64,000 nt of DNA from Armatimonadota bacterium (GTDB taxonomy: Bacteria; Armatimonadota; Fimbriimonadia; Fimbriimonadales; GBS-DC): NCBI GenBank assembly GCA_037445735.1, contig JBBIJY010000013.1, positions 1 to 64,000 on the forward strand, in the 5' to 3' direction. Positions 37,610 through 48,118 of this stretch are shown here, one piece after another. A program made the translations under genes and the position numbers. Numbering within the stretch: the stretch's first letter is position 1; every line of letters begins with the position of its first letter. The notes under the pieces are model-generated. The model did not search any database, was not told the DNA's origin, and saw only the letters and a list, made by a program, of their open reading frames with translations.

Positions 37610-39610
37610 TTACTCCGCCCATTCGAACAGCAGCTGATCGATCAGCAGTTGGGCGCTGGCGCCTGCGCCTGTGATGAGAATGCGCACGAACAGGTCGCCT
37701 TCATAGGAGACATACTGGGCGGGGTCACCGGGCAGGCTGACGGTAACGGTCTGATAGCTGCTGGTGGGAGGGGGTGCACTCAGCGCGGTGGTGAAGGCTC
37801 CGTAGGGGTAGCTCCCTGTCGCGAAGTTGTAGAGTTCGACCTGTTCCACGACGCCTGCGGGCATGTTTTGCGCCATGCGTCGGTAGGTGAAGCGCAGAGT
37901 GCCACGCACCCGGTTTTTGTCCAGCCCGCGCACCAGCAGGTAGAGTGCAATATCGCCGCTGTCGTCGCGGGCATCGGCAATCAGGGGCTGACCATCGGCG
38001 GCGCGAAGCTCATTGAAACCGCCTGATACCGATGCGCCCGCTCGATCGCCCTTGATCTGGCGGTCGGCAGGTGCCGCACCGCGCAACGCGGGCGAAGAGG
38101 ATCGCTCCAGCCAGATGCGATTGGAAGGCACGCCGCGCACCACCACCTGCAGCCAGCCAGGGCGCGCCCCGCGTGGCACCCACGCCACGATTTTGCCGTC
38201 CGTCCACTCCAGCACCTGCAGCCGCTGATGGTTCAGCATCACGCGCCCCCAGAGCGGGTTCCAGCCGAAGTATCGCCCGCCAATCGTGATGCGCCCACCA
38301 TTATATGGAACGCGGTGCGGGCTGACCCAGTGGATGGCGGGCTGGATGGAGTCCCAGAGCGCGAAGCCATCGGGCAGAAGGGTCACTTCACGCAAATAGC
38401 GCAGGGCACGATCGGCGTTCACGCGCCCGTAGTTCACATAGTATCCCGCCGATGGGTCGGGGATCGGTTCGGCGGAATACTCCAGCGCTTCACGAATGGT
38501 CTCGATGCGGGCATTCGGCGCCCACGACCAGAGCAGGGCAGCGACGCCCGCCGCGTTCGGCGCGGCGGCGGAAGTGCCACTGAACGAATCGGTGTAGCCG
38601 CCGCCCAGCGTGGTCGCATAGATGCTGACGCCCGGCGCCGCCACATCGACCCAGCTGCCCATGTTGGAGAAGCTCGCCTTGCGATCGGACGCGGTGCTGG
38701 CAGCCACGCCGACCGCCCGATCATAACCCGCCGGGTAGAGCGGCAGCGGCTCGTTGTAGTTGCCCGCCGCCACCACCAGCAGCGAGCCGTTCCGCCACGC
38801 ATAATCGGTCGCCGCGCGCAGGGCGGGGGTCAGATCATCGCTGAAGTAGCTGATGCTCTGCACCTTCGCGCCCATCCGCGCCGCGTAGATCACCCCTGGC
38901 GCGAACATCGAATCGTAGCTGTAGCCGTTCGACAGCCCGATCTTGACACACATAATGCGGCACTGGAACGCCACTCCCGCGATTTGCAGGTTGTTGTTGC
39001 CCGCCGCAGCCACGATGCCCGCGCACGCCGTGCCGTGCCCGTGATCGTCCATCGGGTTCGGGTCGTTGTAGGCGAAGTCGTAGCCGAGATAATCGTCCAC
39101 CAGCCCATTCCCATCGTCATCGACACCGTTGGAGGGTATCTCACCCGTGTTCACCCAGAGGTTCGGCGCCAGTTCGGGATGGTTGTAATCGACGCCTGTG
39201 TCCAGCACAGCGACCACCACCTGCGGGCTGCCGCGCGTCCAGTCCCAGGCGCTGGGCACCTGCATGCGGAACAGGTTCCACTGGGAGGGGAACAGCGGAT
39301 CGTTCGGCTCGTATGCCAGCTGGTAGGCGCGGTCAGGATAGGCTTCACTTGCCCAGCCCTTCTGAACCAATCGCTCGATGCTCTCATCGACCTGACCCCA
39401 CGGCACGCGCAGCACGCTGTAGCCGATTTCGGGAATGTCGCGCAGGACAGCAAAGCCCGCCTGCTCGCACGCCCTGCGAGCGGTTTCGTCTTGGAAGCGC
39501 ACGATTATTCTATCGGGCGCCGCCAGCACATGCGTGCGTCGGGTCAGAATGGGTTGTTCGGCAGCCGAAAAGAGGCTGATCAGCGCCAGAGCCGTTAGCA
39601 GCGCGTTCAT
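37610..39610 (-). CDS. Secreted S8 subtilisin-like peptidase with IPT/TIG-like and C-terminal beta domain
   Basis: VAVLDTG, HGTACAG, AAGN, GTSAAAP catalytic motifs; signal peptide MNALL... Confidence 0.93.
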   Translation of the reverse strand: MNALLTALALISLFSAAEQPILTRRTHVLAAPDRIIVRFQDETARRACEQAGFAVLRDIPEIGYSVLRVPWGQVDESIERLVQKGWASEAYPDRAYQLAYEPNDPLFPSQWNLFRMQVPSAWDWTRGSPQVVVAVLDTGVDYNHPELAPNLWVNTGEIPSNGVDDDGNGLVDDYLGYDFAYNDPNPMDDHGHGTACAGIVAAAGNNNLQIAGVAFQCRIMCVKIGLSNGYSYDSMFAPGVIYAARMGAKVQSISYFSDDLTPALRAATDYAWRNGSLLVVAAGNYNEPLPLYPAGYDRAVGVAASTASDRKASFSNMGSWVDVAAPGVSIYATTLGGGYTDSFSGTSAAAPNAAGVAALLWSWAPNARIETIREALEYSAEPIPDPSAGYYVNYGRVNADRALRYLREVTLLPDGFALWDSIQPAIHWVSPHRVPYNGGRITIGGRYFGWNPLWGRVMLNHQRLQVLEWTDGKIVAWVPRGARPGWLQVVVRGVPSNRIWLERSSSPALRGAAPADRQIKGDRAGASVSGGFNELRAADGQPLIADARDDSGDIALYLLVRGLDKNRVRGTLRFTYRRMAQNMPAGVVEQVELYNFATGSYPYGAFTTALSAPPPTSSYQTVTVSLPGDPAQYVSYEGDLFVRILITGAGASAQLLIDQLLFEWAE

Positions 39611-39632
39611 CGCAGGCTTATTATACACCAGC

Positions 39633-39721
39633 TGGTGCCGGAGGTGGGAATCGAACCCACACCCGGGTCCCCCCGGACCGGTTTTTGAGACCGGCGCGTC
39701 TACCAGTTCCGCCACTCCGGC
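39633..39721 (-). tRNA. tRNA-Leu(CAA)
   Basis: GCCGGAGTGGCGGAACTGGTAGACGCG, anticodon arm CCGGT-CT-CAA-AA-ACCGG, long variable arm, GGTTCGATTCC, CCA end; TATAAT upstream. Confidence 0.97.
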
Positions 39722-39732
39722 AGCGGTTCGAA

Positions 39733-40734
39733 TTATACCCGTTCGGCTTCGAGGTCGGCGCGTTTGCCTGCGAAGATGTCGCGAACAATCTCGTCCACCT
39801 CCACCTCTTCGATGGTGATGTCGTGCACGGGCAGTTGCTGAAGGATTTGCGCGGCGACACGGCTGACCTGCTCGCGCGGCACCTCCAGCACCGCTTCCAG
39901 TCCGTCATGGCGCACCACGCGCCCGAAGCGCATCAGTGCCATCGGCTCGATGGGCTGTTCGAACTGCAGGCGCAACGCCTTGCTGGGGCTGTACTGCTCC
40001 ACCAGCGCGCGGAGGGTGTCATCGAAAATCAGTCGTCCGTGATGAATAATCAGCACGCGCTGAGCCAGCTCCTGCACATCCTGCATGTAGTGGCTGGTGA
40101 GCAGGATGGTGGTGCGCTCGCGCTGGTTATACTCTTTCAGGAACTCACGAATGCGCTTCTGCGAGACCACATCCAGCCCGATTGTTGGCTCGTCCAGAAA
40201 CAGCACGCGCGGGCGATGGAGCAGCGCCGCCAGCAGCTCGCATTTCATGCGCTCGCCCAGCGACAGGCGCCGCACCTGCACATTCAGCACATGGCGGATT
40301 TCGAGCATCTCTGCCAGCTCGTTCACGCGCCGTTCGAACTCGTCGTCAGGCACCTCGTAAAGCGCTTTGAGCAGGAGATACGATTCATAGGCGGGCAGGT
40401 CCCACCAGAGCTGCATTTTCTGTCCCATCACGAGCGCGATCTGGCGTTGCATTTCGGGGCGTCGCTCCCAGGGCACATAGCCCAGCACGCGCGCGGTGCC
40501 TGAAGTCGGAAAGATGATGCCCGACAGCATCTTCAGCGTGGTGGTCTTACCCGCGCCGTTGGGTCCCAGAAAGCCGACCAGTTCGCCCTCTTCAATCGTG
40601 AAGGAGATGTCGCGCACCGCCTCCACATACTGGCGCTCGCGCCGAAACAGGCTTTTGATGGCGCCGAGCAACCCGGGCGGACGCTTGTAGGTCACATAGG
40701 TCTTCGACAGATGCTCCACCACGATTGCGGACAT
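39733..40734 (-). CDS. ABC-2 type transporter ATP-binding protein
   Basis: GPNGAGKTT, LSLGERMK, LFLDEPTIGLD, TSH. Confidence 0.95.
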   Translation of the reverse strand: MSAIVVEHLSKTYVTYKRPPGLLGAIKSLFRRERQYVEAVRDISFTIEEGELVGFLGPNGAGKTTTLKMLSGIIFPTSGTARVLGYVPWERRPEMQRQIALVMGQKMQLWWDLPAYESYLLLKALYEVPDDEFERRVNELAEMLEIRHVLNVQVRRLSLGERMKCELLAALLHRPRVLFLDEPTIGLDVVSQKRIREFLKEYNQRERTTILLTSHYMQDVQELAQRVLIIHHGRLIFDDTLRALVEQYSPSKALRLQFEQPIEPMALMRFGRVVRHDGLEAVLEVPREQVSRVAAQILQQLPVHDITIEEVEVDEIVRDIFAGKRADLEAERV

Positions 40735-40789
40735 ACACGGGAAGTATACCTTGAGGACTGATACCCTGGAGTGCCTGCAAGCAAAGGCA

Positions 40790-41152
40790 TTAATCCTGCC
40801 CCGAAAGATGGACAATCCGCACTCGCGTTTCCGTCACCACTACCAGATTGCCCGCTAACTGATCAGAATAGTCGCGCAATAGGTGCGACAATACACGAAT
40901 TTTGTTGGGTGCCCGTTCGTCATTCAATCGGAGCAGAATAACCCCGCAGTGTGCTTGACGATCCCGCATAATCCACGTGCCGAATTCCTTGTCGCTGGTG
41001 ATCAGGATTCGCTCTTCTGCTACAGCCATCTTTAAGACCGCCGCATCATCTGCACCGCGTGCCTGTTCATAAACCGAGACAACATCATAGCCCTGCTCTC
41101 GGAGCCAGCGTGCGACGGAGGGTCCCGTGCATTCATCTACAAGGAATCGCAT
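40790..41152 (-). CDS. DUF5615 PIN-like toxin
   Basis: MRFLVDE, D..VL..A..E.RILITSDKEFG. Confidence 0.88.
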   Translation of the reverse strand: MRFLVDECTGPSVARWLREQGYDVVSVYEQARGADDAAVLKMAVAEERILITSDKEFGTWIMRDRQAHCGVILLRLNDERAPNKIRVLSHLLRDYSDQLAGNLVVVTETRVRIVHLSGQD

Positions 41153-41409
41153 CAGGAAACCTCTGCCTCCAGAGGAGCAAAGCTAACATTTTTCAGCATT
41201 TCGGCGGCGAACAGCAGACATGCGCGAATATCGTCGATGGTTAGACCCTCATATTCCTGCAGAATCTCCTCGACGGTGGCTCCCGCAGCCAGCAGCCCCA
41301 GAATGTAAGCGACACTCAGGCGAGTGCCGCGAATGACTGGCTGTCCAGCCAGAATGTGCGGATTGCTCACTATTCGCTCCAGCAGAGCGTTTTTTTCCAT
41401 CAGCCTCAC
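41152..41409 (-). CDS. DUF433 antitoxin-like protein
   Basis: RI..NP.IL.GQPVIRGTRL.V..IL..LA.G....EIL.EY..LT.DDI.ACL; start 41409 (GTG) or 41400 (ATG). Confidence 0.9.
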   Translation of the reverse strand: MRLMEKNALLERIVSNPHILAGQPVIRGTRLSVAYILGLLAAGATVEEILQEYEGLTIDDIRACLLFAAEMLKNVSFAPLEAEVS

Positions 41410-41441
41410 CTGTAGAGATTATACCAGACGAACCCTATGCT

Positions 41442-42509
41442 CTAAGGCTCATCGAGACAGGCATGGTGGGGACGGTAGCCTGCCTGTTCCGCTTCTGCGC
41501 GGGTGCGGAAGTAGACGCGATTGTCGGGTTTAGGTAGACCCTTGCAGTCAGGCGCGTGATACACTTTGCTGATTCGGTTGCCGATAAAGCCCGTGGTTGG
41601 GGATGCTGAGGCGGGTGGCACGGGCACTGCGGGCGATTTGCGAGCGGTGAACACCTGCAGGCGCTCGCCCTGCACGCGCACAGTGATGTCGCCATGCAAA
41701 TCGGTGCGATAGATGGTGGCGCCGATGCGCTGCAGCGCCTGCAACGCCTCTTTGTGCGGATGACCATACCGATTGCGCACCCCGCAGGAGATAATCGCCA
41801 TGCGCGGGCGCACGCGGCTCAAGAACGCCATGTCGGTGCCGTTGTGGGAGCCGTGATGGGCGACCTTCAGCACCTCCGCTCGCAGATCGGCGCCCTGCCG
41901 ATAGATTCGCGCCCGTCCCTCCCGCTCGATATCGCCTGTGAATAGCACGCGCACCTTGCCGCAGCGCAGGCGCATCACGATGCTGGCGTTATTGGCATCC
42001 GAGTCGGTGCCGCGCAGGAACGGCTTGCTCGGCGCGAACACCTCGATCTGGCAGTCAGGCGCAGGCTCCATCCGATAGCCTCGACCAACTGTGCGGAACC
42101 GTGCGCCACTGCGCTTGACCGCCCGCAGATAGTCCAGATAGACGGGCGAGTCGTACACGAAGCCCGAATCCCATACTTCATCGACGGCGAACTCGCGCAG
42201 CACCCGAATGAGTCCGCCGATGTGGTCGCTGTGCGGATGGCTGGCGACCAGCCAGTGGATTCGACCCACCTCAAGCTGGCGCAATTTTTGCACCAGTTCG
42301 TCCCCCGATTCGGGTGGACCGCCGTCGATGAGCATCGTTTTGCCGTTGGGGAACTGCACCAGCGCGGAATCGCCCTGCCCGATATCGAAGAAGGTGATCT
42401 GCAGAGTGCGCTGCGGAGGCGGCTGCAGCGCGGGCAGGGGTGCCTCCCGTCGCTGACAGCCAATCAGCGCCGCTGCCAGCAGCCCCAGCAGGAGAATGAG
42501 TTTACGCAT
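41442..42509 (-). CDS. ComEC/Rec2-like metallo-beta-lactamase-fold lipoprotein with C-terminal Ada-type metal-binding domain
   Basis: Lipobox LIGC, DIGQGD, SHPHSDHIGG, KVAHHGS, YGHPH, GN..SKVYH.P.C...A..AGYRP...C. Confidence 0.88.
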   Translation of the reverse strand: MRKLILLLGLLAAALIGCQRREAPLPALQPPPQRTLQITFFDIGQGDSALVQFPNGKTMLIDGGPPESGDELVQKLRQLEVGRIHWLVASHPHSDHIGGLIRVLREFAVDEVWDSGFVYDSPVYLDYLRAVKRSGARFRTVGRGYRMEPAPDCQIEVFAPSKPFLRGTDSDANNASIVMRLRCGKVRVLFTGDIEREGRARIYRQGADLRAEVLKVAHHGSHNGTDMAFLSRVRPRMAIISCGVRNRYGHPHKEALQALQRIGATIYRTDLHGDITVRVQGERLQVFTARKSPAVPVPPASASPTTGFIGNRISKVYHAPDCKGLPKPDNRVYFRTRAEAEQAGYRPHHACLDEP

Positions 42510-42626
42510 CCGTATCCGCATTATACCTGCGCTGCACCCGCTGCCCGTATCAACCGCACCTTCTCCACAAACAGCAGCGGCACATCTCCACGCGCCCATA
42601 TCACCCGCGCAAACGAACCAGAAAAT

Positions 42627-42666
42627 CCCTCTCCCCCGTCAGGGGGAGAGGGCATAGGTGAGGGGG
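42627..42666. repeat. Half copy of the REP-like family
   Basis: CCCTCTCCCC-CGTCAG-GGGGAGAGGG..GGTGAGGGGG. Confidence 0.75.
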
Positions 42667-42695
42667 TCTTTTTCTGAATGAAAGGCTTGAGCGAT

Positions 42696-45600
42696 TCACT
42701 GGCGTCCCAGCCCCAGCAGTTCCATCAGTGAGGGCACGCGCATCTCCGGCATGCCCAGCATATACTGCGCGTTGAGGGCTTTCTCGATGGTGTCGATGGC
42801 TTCGCTGTAGTGGGCGCGGGTGTAGTCGTCCTGCACCTTCGGCAGTGCCTGTTTCAGCTGGGCGTGCAATCGGCGCAGGTGGTAGCGTGCCAGCATCTTC
42901 GCATCGTCGGGCGCCGCCGAGCTTTTGACCAGCATATCGGTCATCTGCTGGAGATAGGCGCGTTGCAGGAGGCGTCGGAGCGCGTTCACGGGCTTGCCTG
43001 ATGGCGCTTCCGACCAGATGGCGTCCTGCAGGGTGCGGAACATCTCGGCAAGGGTGAAGGTGTCTTTGGAGTCGCCCTGTTTGAACTCGTTGTTCACGAT
43101 GCGGCGCAGGGTGTCGGGCGCGAGCAGGCGCGTGAGCGTGAGCCGCTGGATGTTGCTGACGAAATCGCGCACGGGCGCATCGGGCGGGATGGGACCGCCC
43201 CCGCGCGCGGGGTTCGGCGCCAGCTTGTCGTAGTAGCTCTTCGGAAGGTTGAACGCCCGCTCCGAGAAGATATATTTCACCAGCAGGTTCAGCGCGCGCC
43301 GCTGGGTCGCGCCATCAATCGGCTTCAGGGGTGGCTGCGCGTTGGGGTCATCGCGGAAGTTGCGCCGAATCTGTAGCGCCCCAATAAATCGGCTCAGCTG
43401 CACCGACGCCTGACTGTAGTTCGCCAGCACGCTGAAGAAGTAGCGGGTGAACTCGTAATAGCTCTCGCCAGGGCGCGGCACGCGACCGGGCAGCGCTTTG
43501 AGCAGTTCGTCGGTGTCCTTCAGCGTCAGCTCCCAGTAGGCGATGGGGTCGCGCCCCAGATCGAAGCGCGTCACATAGGGGTCAAAGCGGTCGGCGTACT
43601 CGTCGGTCTCGAACGCCAGTCCCGGCTCGGTGTTGCGCCGTGCGATGGCGTTCAGATACGGCTTCTCGGCTTCAGGTGTGGCGACGCCAAAGTCCCTGTA
43701 GCCGTACTCGATTGCCCAGTAGTCGTAGGGACCGATGGTCGGGTTCCAGTAGACGGTGTTGGGCGCGTGGAGCGCCATCTGGTTGAACGGGTCATACTCC
43801 ATCACGCTGGCGACCACACCGCTCTGCCGCACGAGGGTGCCATTTGCCAGCTCGTCCAGCGAGTGGTAGCAGCTGGCGACGAAGTTATGGCGCAGCCCCA
43901 GGATGTGCCCCATCTCATGCATCGTCACCGAGCGCAGGTAGTCCTTCACGAACTGGTCTTCGGTGGTGCGGGTGGCGTTGCGGCGCGGGGCAAGCAGGTT
44001 CATCATCAGGTAGCCCATCCAGGCACGGAACATGGAGCCTTCGGCGAGCGTGCAGACGCGCGGGTCGTAATGGACATAACCTTTCTCCCACGCTTCCGCC
44101 TCGCGGAACGCCGCCAGCGGGTCGATGTCGCGCTGATAGATCAGGCGCGTGATGCGTGCCATGTTGCCGTCGATGGTGATGCTGGCGTTCAGAATCTGAC
44201 CCGTAATGGGGTTTACCCGAAAGAGCGCGACCGCGTAGCCATTATTGGGCGAGGAGACCCAGCGCACCACATTGTAGCGCATATCGGCGTGATCCCAGTC
44301 GGCATCGTCCGGCATCTGTTTGACCACAATCGCGTCCTTGATGCCAATCTTCTCGAACGCTTTATTCCATTCCAGAATGCCCTCGCGGATGGCATCGCGA
44401 TACTCTTCGGGGATGGCGTTATCGAGCCAGAAGACGATTGGCTCTTTGGGGGGTGAGAGAGGGGCGTTCGGGTCGGCTTTTTCCAGTTTCCAGCGCAGGA
44501 TGTAGCGCTTCTCCTGCTGCGGCTGGTCGGTGGTGAAGTCGAGATATTCGGTGTAGAAGTAGCCGACACGCGGGTCAAAAAGGCGCGGGCGATAGCCGTT
44601 GTTGACAGGCAGCTCCCACAGGTTATAGTTGACCGTGATGGGCAGGCTGCGCGGGTCGGCTAATTCGGCACTGCCTGTCAGCCCGGGCAGCAGCCCTGCC
44701 AGCCCGCCACCACGCTGCTGACCGCCTGCAAAGTGGTATGCCGTCTGCACGAAGATGTTGTTCGGGAACGCCTTCACGGCGAGGTAGGCGGTCTTCTCAC
44801 GGTCGATGGTGTAGTTGCCGCCTGCCGCTGCGCTCGCCAGCTGCTGAATCTGCACCACATCGGAGCGGAAGAAGTTCGACACATCGATCAGGAAGGTCTT
44901 GCCCTCCTTGTCTTTGGCTTCGATTTTGAACGCCTCCAGATAAGCGTCGGCGAAGGAGCGCTGCACCGAGCGGGCGATGGGCTTTTTGGGGTCGGCATAG
45001 AAGCGCAGGTTCGGCTCCACCAGCAGAATCTGCTCATCGCGGCGAACGAACTTGAACACGATATCGTTGATGGGTGTGCCCGCTGCCATGAAGAAGGTGG
45101 GGATACCCTCGCTGATGGTCGCCTGCAGGAAGTAGAGTTTGTTCAGCTGCTCTTCACGGATTGCCATATAGAGGGTGTCTTTGCCCGCCTCCTTCTTGCG
45201 GTAGAGGGTGAACAGCCCGTCCAGCTTCTCGAAGTCCTTGACCACCTCGTCGATGGTTTTCTCTTTCCTGGTCTCGGTTTTCTGTTCGGCTTTTTGTTCA
45301 CTCTTTTCGGGTTGGGTCGCTTTTTCAGCTTTATCGCTTTTGGCGGGTTGTGCGGGCTGTTGTTCGGCAGGTTTAGCAGGGGCGGTTGCAACCTGTTCGC
45401 CTTCTGGCAGCGGTGTGCCCTCGATGCGCTCGTACTCCACCTGCGCTTTCGCAGCGGCGCCCGCACCCGGTTCACCAAACCGCATGCCCTCCACACTGCC
45501 AGTGGCGTATACTGTGTCGCCCGTGCGCACCTCCACAAGGAACTCGATAACGGCGTTCAGCTTGCTGTCGCCGCCAGCTGTGTAGGCGCTTGTGATACGG

Positions 45601-46151
45601 GCGACACGGATGCCCTTCCACTCTTCAAAGCCCTTCAGGGTGTACTCGGCTGTGCCTGGCACCGTGCCCGCTTTCGAATCTTCTTTGAAGGTATAGCTCC
45701 ATTGGTCGCCCGCGCCGACGGGGTTGGCGGGGAAAATCAGGGCAAACGCCTGGCTCATCTGGCGCGAATCGGCGTTCTGGTCAGAGCCTTCCGACTCTCT
45801 GGCAATGATCTCGCCGTTGGGTTTGATGGTGGTCACGGTGCGTTCGCGGAGCGCCTCTTCCGGGGTGGGCATCTTGTTGCCGTTGAAGGTCATCTCGTAC
45901 GATTCGGTGGTCTGTTCCTGCTTGATGTTGCCTTCGGGGGTGACCTCCAGCACCTTCTGCACGGCGACACTGCTGATTTCGAGATTGAAGGTTCTTCCGG
46001 CGGCTTCGACGGTGATGGTGGCGTTGAGCCGGTAGCGCATCGTTTGACCGGCTTTGGCGCGATAGACGAGTTGCACCTTCTCCTGCGCGTACGCGCCCAG
46101 CAAAAGCGTCAGCATTAAAAGCCCGACCATCAGCGTAGTTGCTTTTCGCAT
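42696..46151 (-). CDS. Secreted zinc metalloprotease (DUF5117/DUF4953, EcxA-like) with extra N-terminal domain
   Basis: PRLFDPRVGYF, WNKAFE.IG, HEMGHILGLRHN, SVMEY Met-turn, GPYDYWAIEYGY. Confidence 0.9.
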   Translation of the reverse strand: MRKATTLMVGLLMLTLLLGAYAQEKVQLVYRAKAGQTMRYRLNATITVEAAGRTFNLEISSVAVQKVLEVTPEGNIKQEQTTESYEMTFNGNKMPTPEEALRERTVTTIKPNGEIIARESEGSDQNADSRQMSQAFALIFPANPVGAGDQWSYTFKEDSKAGTVPGTAEYTLKGFEEWKGIRVARITSAYTAGGDSKLNAVIEFLVEVRTGDTVYATGSVEGMRFGEPGAGAAAKAQVEYERIEGTPLPEGEQVATAPAKPAEQQPAQPAKSDKAEKATQPEKSEQKAEQKTETRKEKTIDEVVKDFEKLDGLFTLYRKKEAGKDTLYMAIREEQLNKLYFLQATISEGIPTFFMAAGTPINDIVFKFVRRDEQILLVEPNLRFYADPKKPIARSVQRSFADAYLEAFKIEAKDKEGKTFLIDVSNFFRSDVVQIQQLASAAAGGNYTIDREKTAYLAVKAFPNNIFVQTAYHFAGGQQRGGGLAGLLPGLTGSAELADPRSLPITVNYNLWELPVNNGYRPRLFDPRVGYFYTEYLDFTTDQPQQEKRYILRWKLEKADPNAPLSPPKEPIVFWLDNAIPEEYRDAIREGILEWNKAFEKIGIKDAIVVKQMPDDADWDHADMRYNVVRWVSSPNNGYAVALFRVNPITGQILNASITIDGNMARITRLIYQRDIDPLAAFREAEAWEKGYVHYDPRVCTLAEGSMFRAWMGYLMMNLLAPRRNATRTTEDQFVKDYLRSVTMHEMGHILGLRHNFVASCYHSLDELANGTLVRQSGVVASVMEYDPFNQMALHAPNTVYWNPTIGPYDYWAIEYGYRDFGVATPEAEKPYLNAIARRNTEPGLAFETDEYADRFDPYVTRFDLGRDPIAYWELTLKDTDELLKALPGRVPRPGESYYEFTRYFFSVLANYSQASVQLSRFIGALQIRRNFRDDPNAQPPLKPIDGATQRRALNLLVKYIFSERAFNLPKSYYDKLAPNPARGGGPIPPDAPVRDFVSNIQRLTLTRLLAPDTLRRIVNNEFKQGDSKDTFTLAEMFRTLQDAIWSEAPSGKPVNALRRLLQRAYLQQMTDMLVKSSAAPDDAKMLARYHLRRLHAQLKQALPKVQDDYTRAHYSEAIDTIEKALNAQYMLGMPEMRVPSLMELLGLGRQ

Positions 46152-46341
46152 GGTTTGTCCCTCCTGTTAGCGGGGCATCTGCCCGACGGGAGATTATACC
46201 TTCTGAAGAGCTATGGAGCCTCCCACAGTGCGCTGATGGGTTGCGCCCAGAGTCGTTCGCCGAAGGGCAGAGTATGCGTGCCTGTGTACAGCACCACGTC
46301 CATCAGTCATCGCTCAATCATCATGAAAGATGCCCGTTCAA

Positions 46342-46380
46342 TGGCTGAAAATCCACCACTTGATGGCGGATTTTCAGCCA
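46342..46380. terminator. Long stem-loop downstream of rnj
   Basis: TGGCTGAAAATCC...GGATTTTCAGCCA, 13-bp perfect stem. Confidence 0.55.
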
Positions 46381-46397
46381 CAGGCAGGGCGAGCAGG

Positions 46398-48035
46398 CTA
46401 TACCTCCGTTACAATCGGCAGGATGAGCGGGCGGCGGTTGAGGTGCTTGCGGCAGAATCGGCGGAGTACCATGCTCACCTCTTCGCGCACATTGTCCCAG
46501 TCGTTGAGTTCGGCGGGCAGCATTTTACCCAGCGCGTCGCGCACGGCTTCGCGTGCCAGCTCGGGTTGAACTTCGTTGAGCCATTCGAAGCCGCGCGGGA
46601 TGAGCTGCGGGTCATCGACGAGGTCGCCTGTCTGGGCACGGATGGTGAGAATGGCGATCAGCATGCCCTCGCGGGCGATCTGACGGCGGTCGTGAATCAC
46701 CTCTTCTGGCACGCCCTCCACACCCTCTTCGATGAGGTAGCGTCCAGCGGGCACTGGCTCGCCCAGCGACGCGACGCCGTTCTCGATGCGCAGCACGGAG
46801 CCGTTCTCCAGCAAAAAGAGCTGGTCGCTGGAATAGCCCATCTGGCGCGCCAGTTCCAGATAGAGCGCCTGATGGCGTGGCTCGCCGTGAATGGGCGCGA
46901 GGTAGCGCGGCTTGAGCAGGCTCAACATGAGTTTGAGTTCTTCCTGGCAGGCGTGCCCCGACACATGCACGGGCGCAATCTTCTCATGCACCACGCGCGC
47001 GCCCAGCCGCACCAGGCGGTTCACCGTGCGCCACACGAGGCTCTCGTTGCCAGGAATGGGCGTCGCCGACAGAATCACCATATCGCCCGAGCGAATCTTG
47101 AGGCGGGGGTACTCGTCGGCGGCGATCTGGCTGAGCGCGGAGAGCGGCTCGCCCTGACTGCCCGTGGTCAGCACCAGCAGGCGGTCGTCGGGATAGTCGT
47201 CGATCTGGCGGGCATTAATGAGCAGGTCTGGCTCCACCTGCAGGTAGCCGTGCTGGAGCGCAATCTCCACATTCTGCTCCATGCGCCGTCCGAGAATCGC
47301 CACCTTGCGCCCGTAGAGCGCCGCCATATCGAACGCCTGCTGAATGCGATGGATGTTGGAGGCGAAGGTGGTGATGAGGATACGCCCTGTCGCCTGCGCG
47401 AAGAGCGTATAGAGCGCGTCGCTCACCCTGCTCTCCGATTCGCCCCAGCCCGGTCGCTCCACATTGGTGCAGTCGCTCAGCAGCAGCAGCACGCCGCGCT
47501 CGCCCACCCGCGCCAGCTGGTTGAAATCGGTGCGCTGACCATCGACGGGGGTGTGATCGAACTTGAAATCGCCCGTGAACACGATGGCGCCTTCGGGCGT
47601 GTGCAGAGCGAAGGCGACCGAATCGGGGATGCTGTGCGTAACGCGGATCACCTCTACCTCGAAATCGCCGATGGGGAACCGTTCGCCTGGCTGGATGAGG
47701 CGCAGGTCGGCGCGGATGCGCCGCTCGCGCAGTTTGCCCTCCACCAGCGCGAGCGTCAGGCGTGTGCCATACACCGGCACGGGCAGGTTCGGCAGGATAT
47801 AGGGCAGTGCGCCCACATGGTCTTCGTGCCCGTGCGTCAGCAGGATGCCCCGCACCTCGTCCCGACAGCTGTAGAGATAGGTCGGGTCGGGCATCACCAG
47901 ATCGACACCAGGCAGCTCTTCGCCCGGAAAGGCGATCCCGCAATCCACCATCACTGCCTGCCCGTTATAGCGAACCAGATTGAGATTCTTGCCGATTTCG
48001 CCTGCGCCGCCCAGCGGAATGATTTCTATTGCCAA
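46398..48035 (-). CDS. rnj: Ribonuclease J
   Basis: PLGG.GEIGKN, THGHEDH, TGDFKFD, TGSQGEP, HVSGHA; TTG start with GGAGG SD. Confidence 0.96.
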   Translation of the reverse strand: MAIEIIPLGGAGEIGKNLNLVRYNGQAVMVDCGIAFPGEELPGVDLVMPDPTYLYSCRDEVRGILLTHGHEDHVGALPYILPNLPVPVYGTRLTLALVEGKLRERRIRADLRLIQPGERFPIGDFEVEVIRVTHSIPDSVAFALHTPEGAIVFTGDFKFDHTPVDGQRTDFNQLARVGERGVLLLLSDCTNVERPGWGESESRVSDALYTLFAQATGRILITTFASNIHRIQQAFDMAALYGRKVAILGRRMEQNVEIALQHGYLQVEPDLLINARQIDDYPDDRLLVLTTGSQGEPLSALSQIAADEYPRLKIRSGDMVILSATPIPGNESLVWRTVNRLVRLGARVVHEKIAPVHVSGHACQEELKLMLSLLKPRYLAPIHGEPRHQALYLELARQMGYSSDQLFLLENGSVLRIENGVASLGEPVPAGRYLIEEGVEGVPEEVIHDRRQIAREGMLIAILTIRAQTGDLVDDPQLIPRGFEWLNEVQPELAREAVRDALGKMLPAELNDWDNVREEVSMVLRRFCRKHLNRRPLILPIVTEV

Positions 48036-48118
48036 CTTCGATCCTCCAGATAGAGTATAGCATGGTTGAGCAGGAGCGATAGAGCGGGCTGGCGAATCGA
48101 GAAGCGGGTGATGGCACG

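Noticed and set aside
39611-39715. N-terminal extension of the S8 peptidase ORF (MAELVDAPVSKT...)
   Set aside because: It is a translation of tRNA-Leu; the signal peptide begins at 39610.
39633-41440. Genomic island integrated at tRNA-Leu or tRNA-Arg
   Set aside because: I saw no integrase and no duplicated tRNA 3' end in the window.
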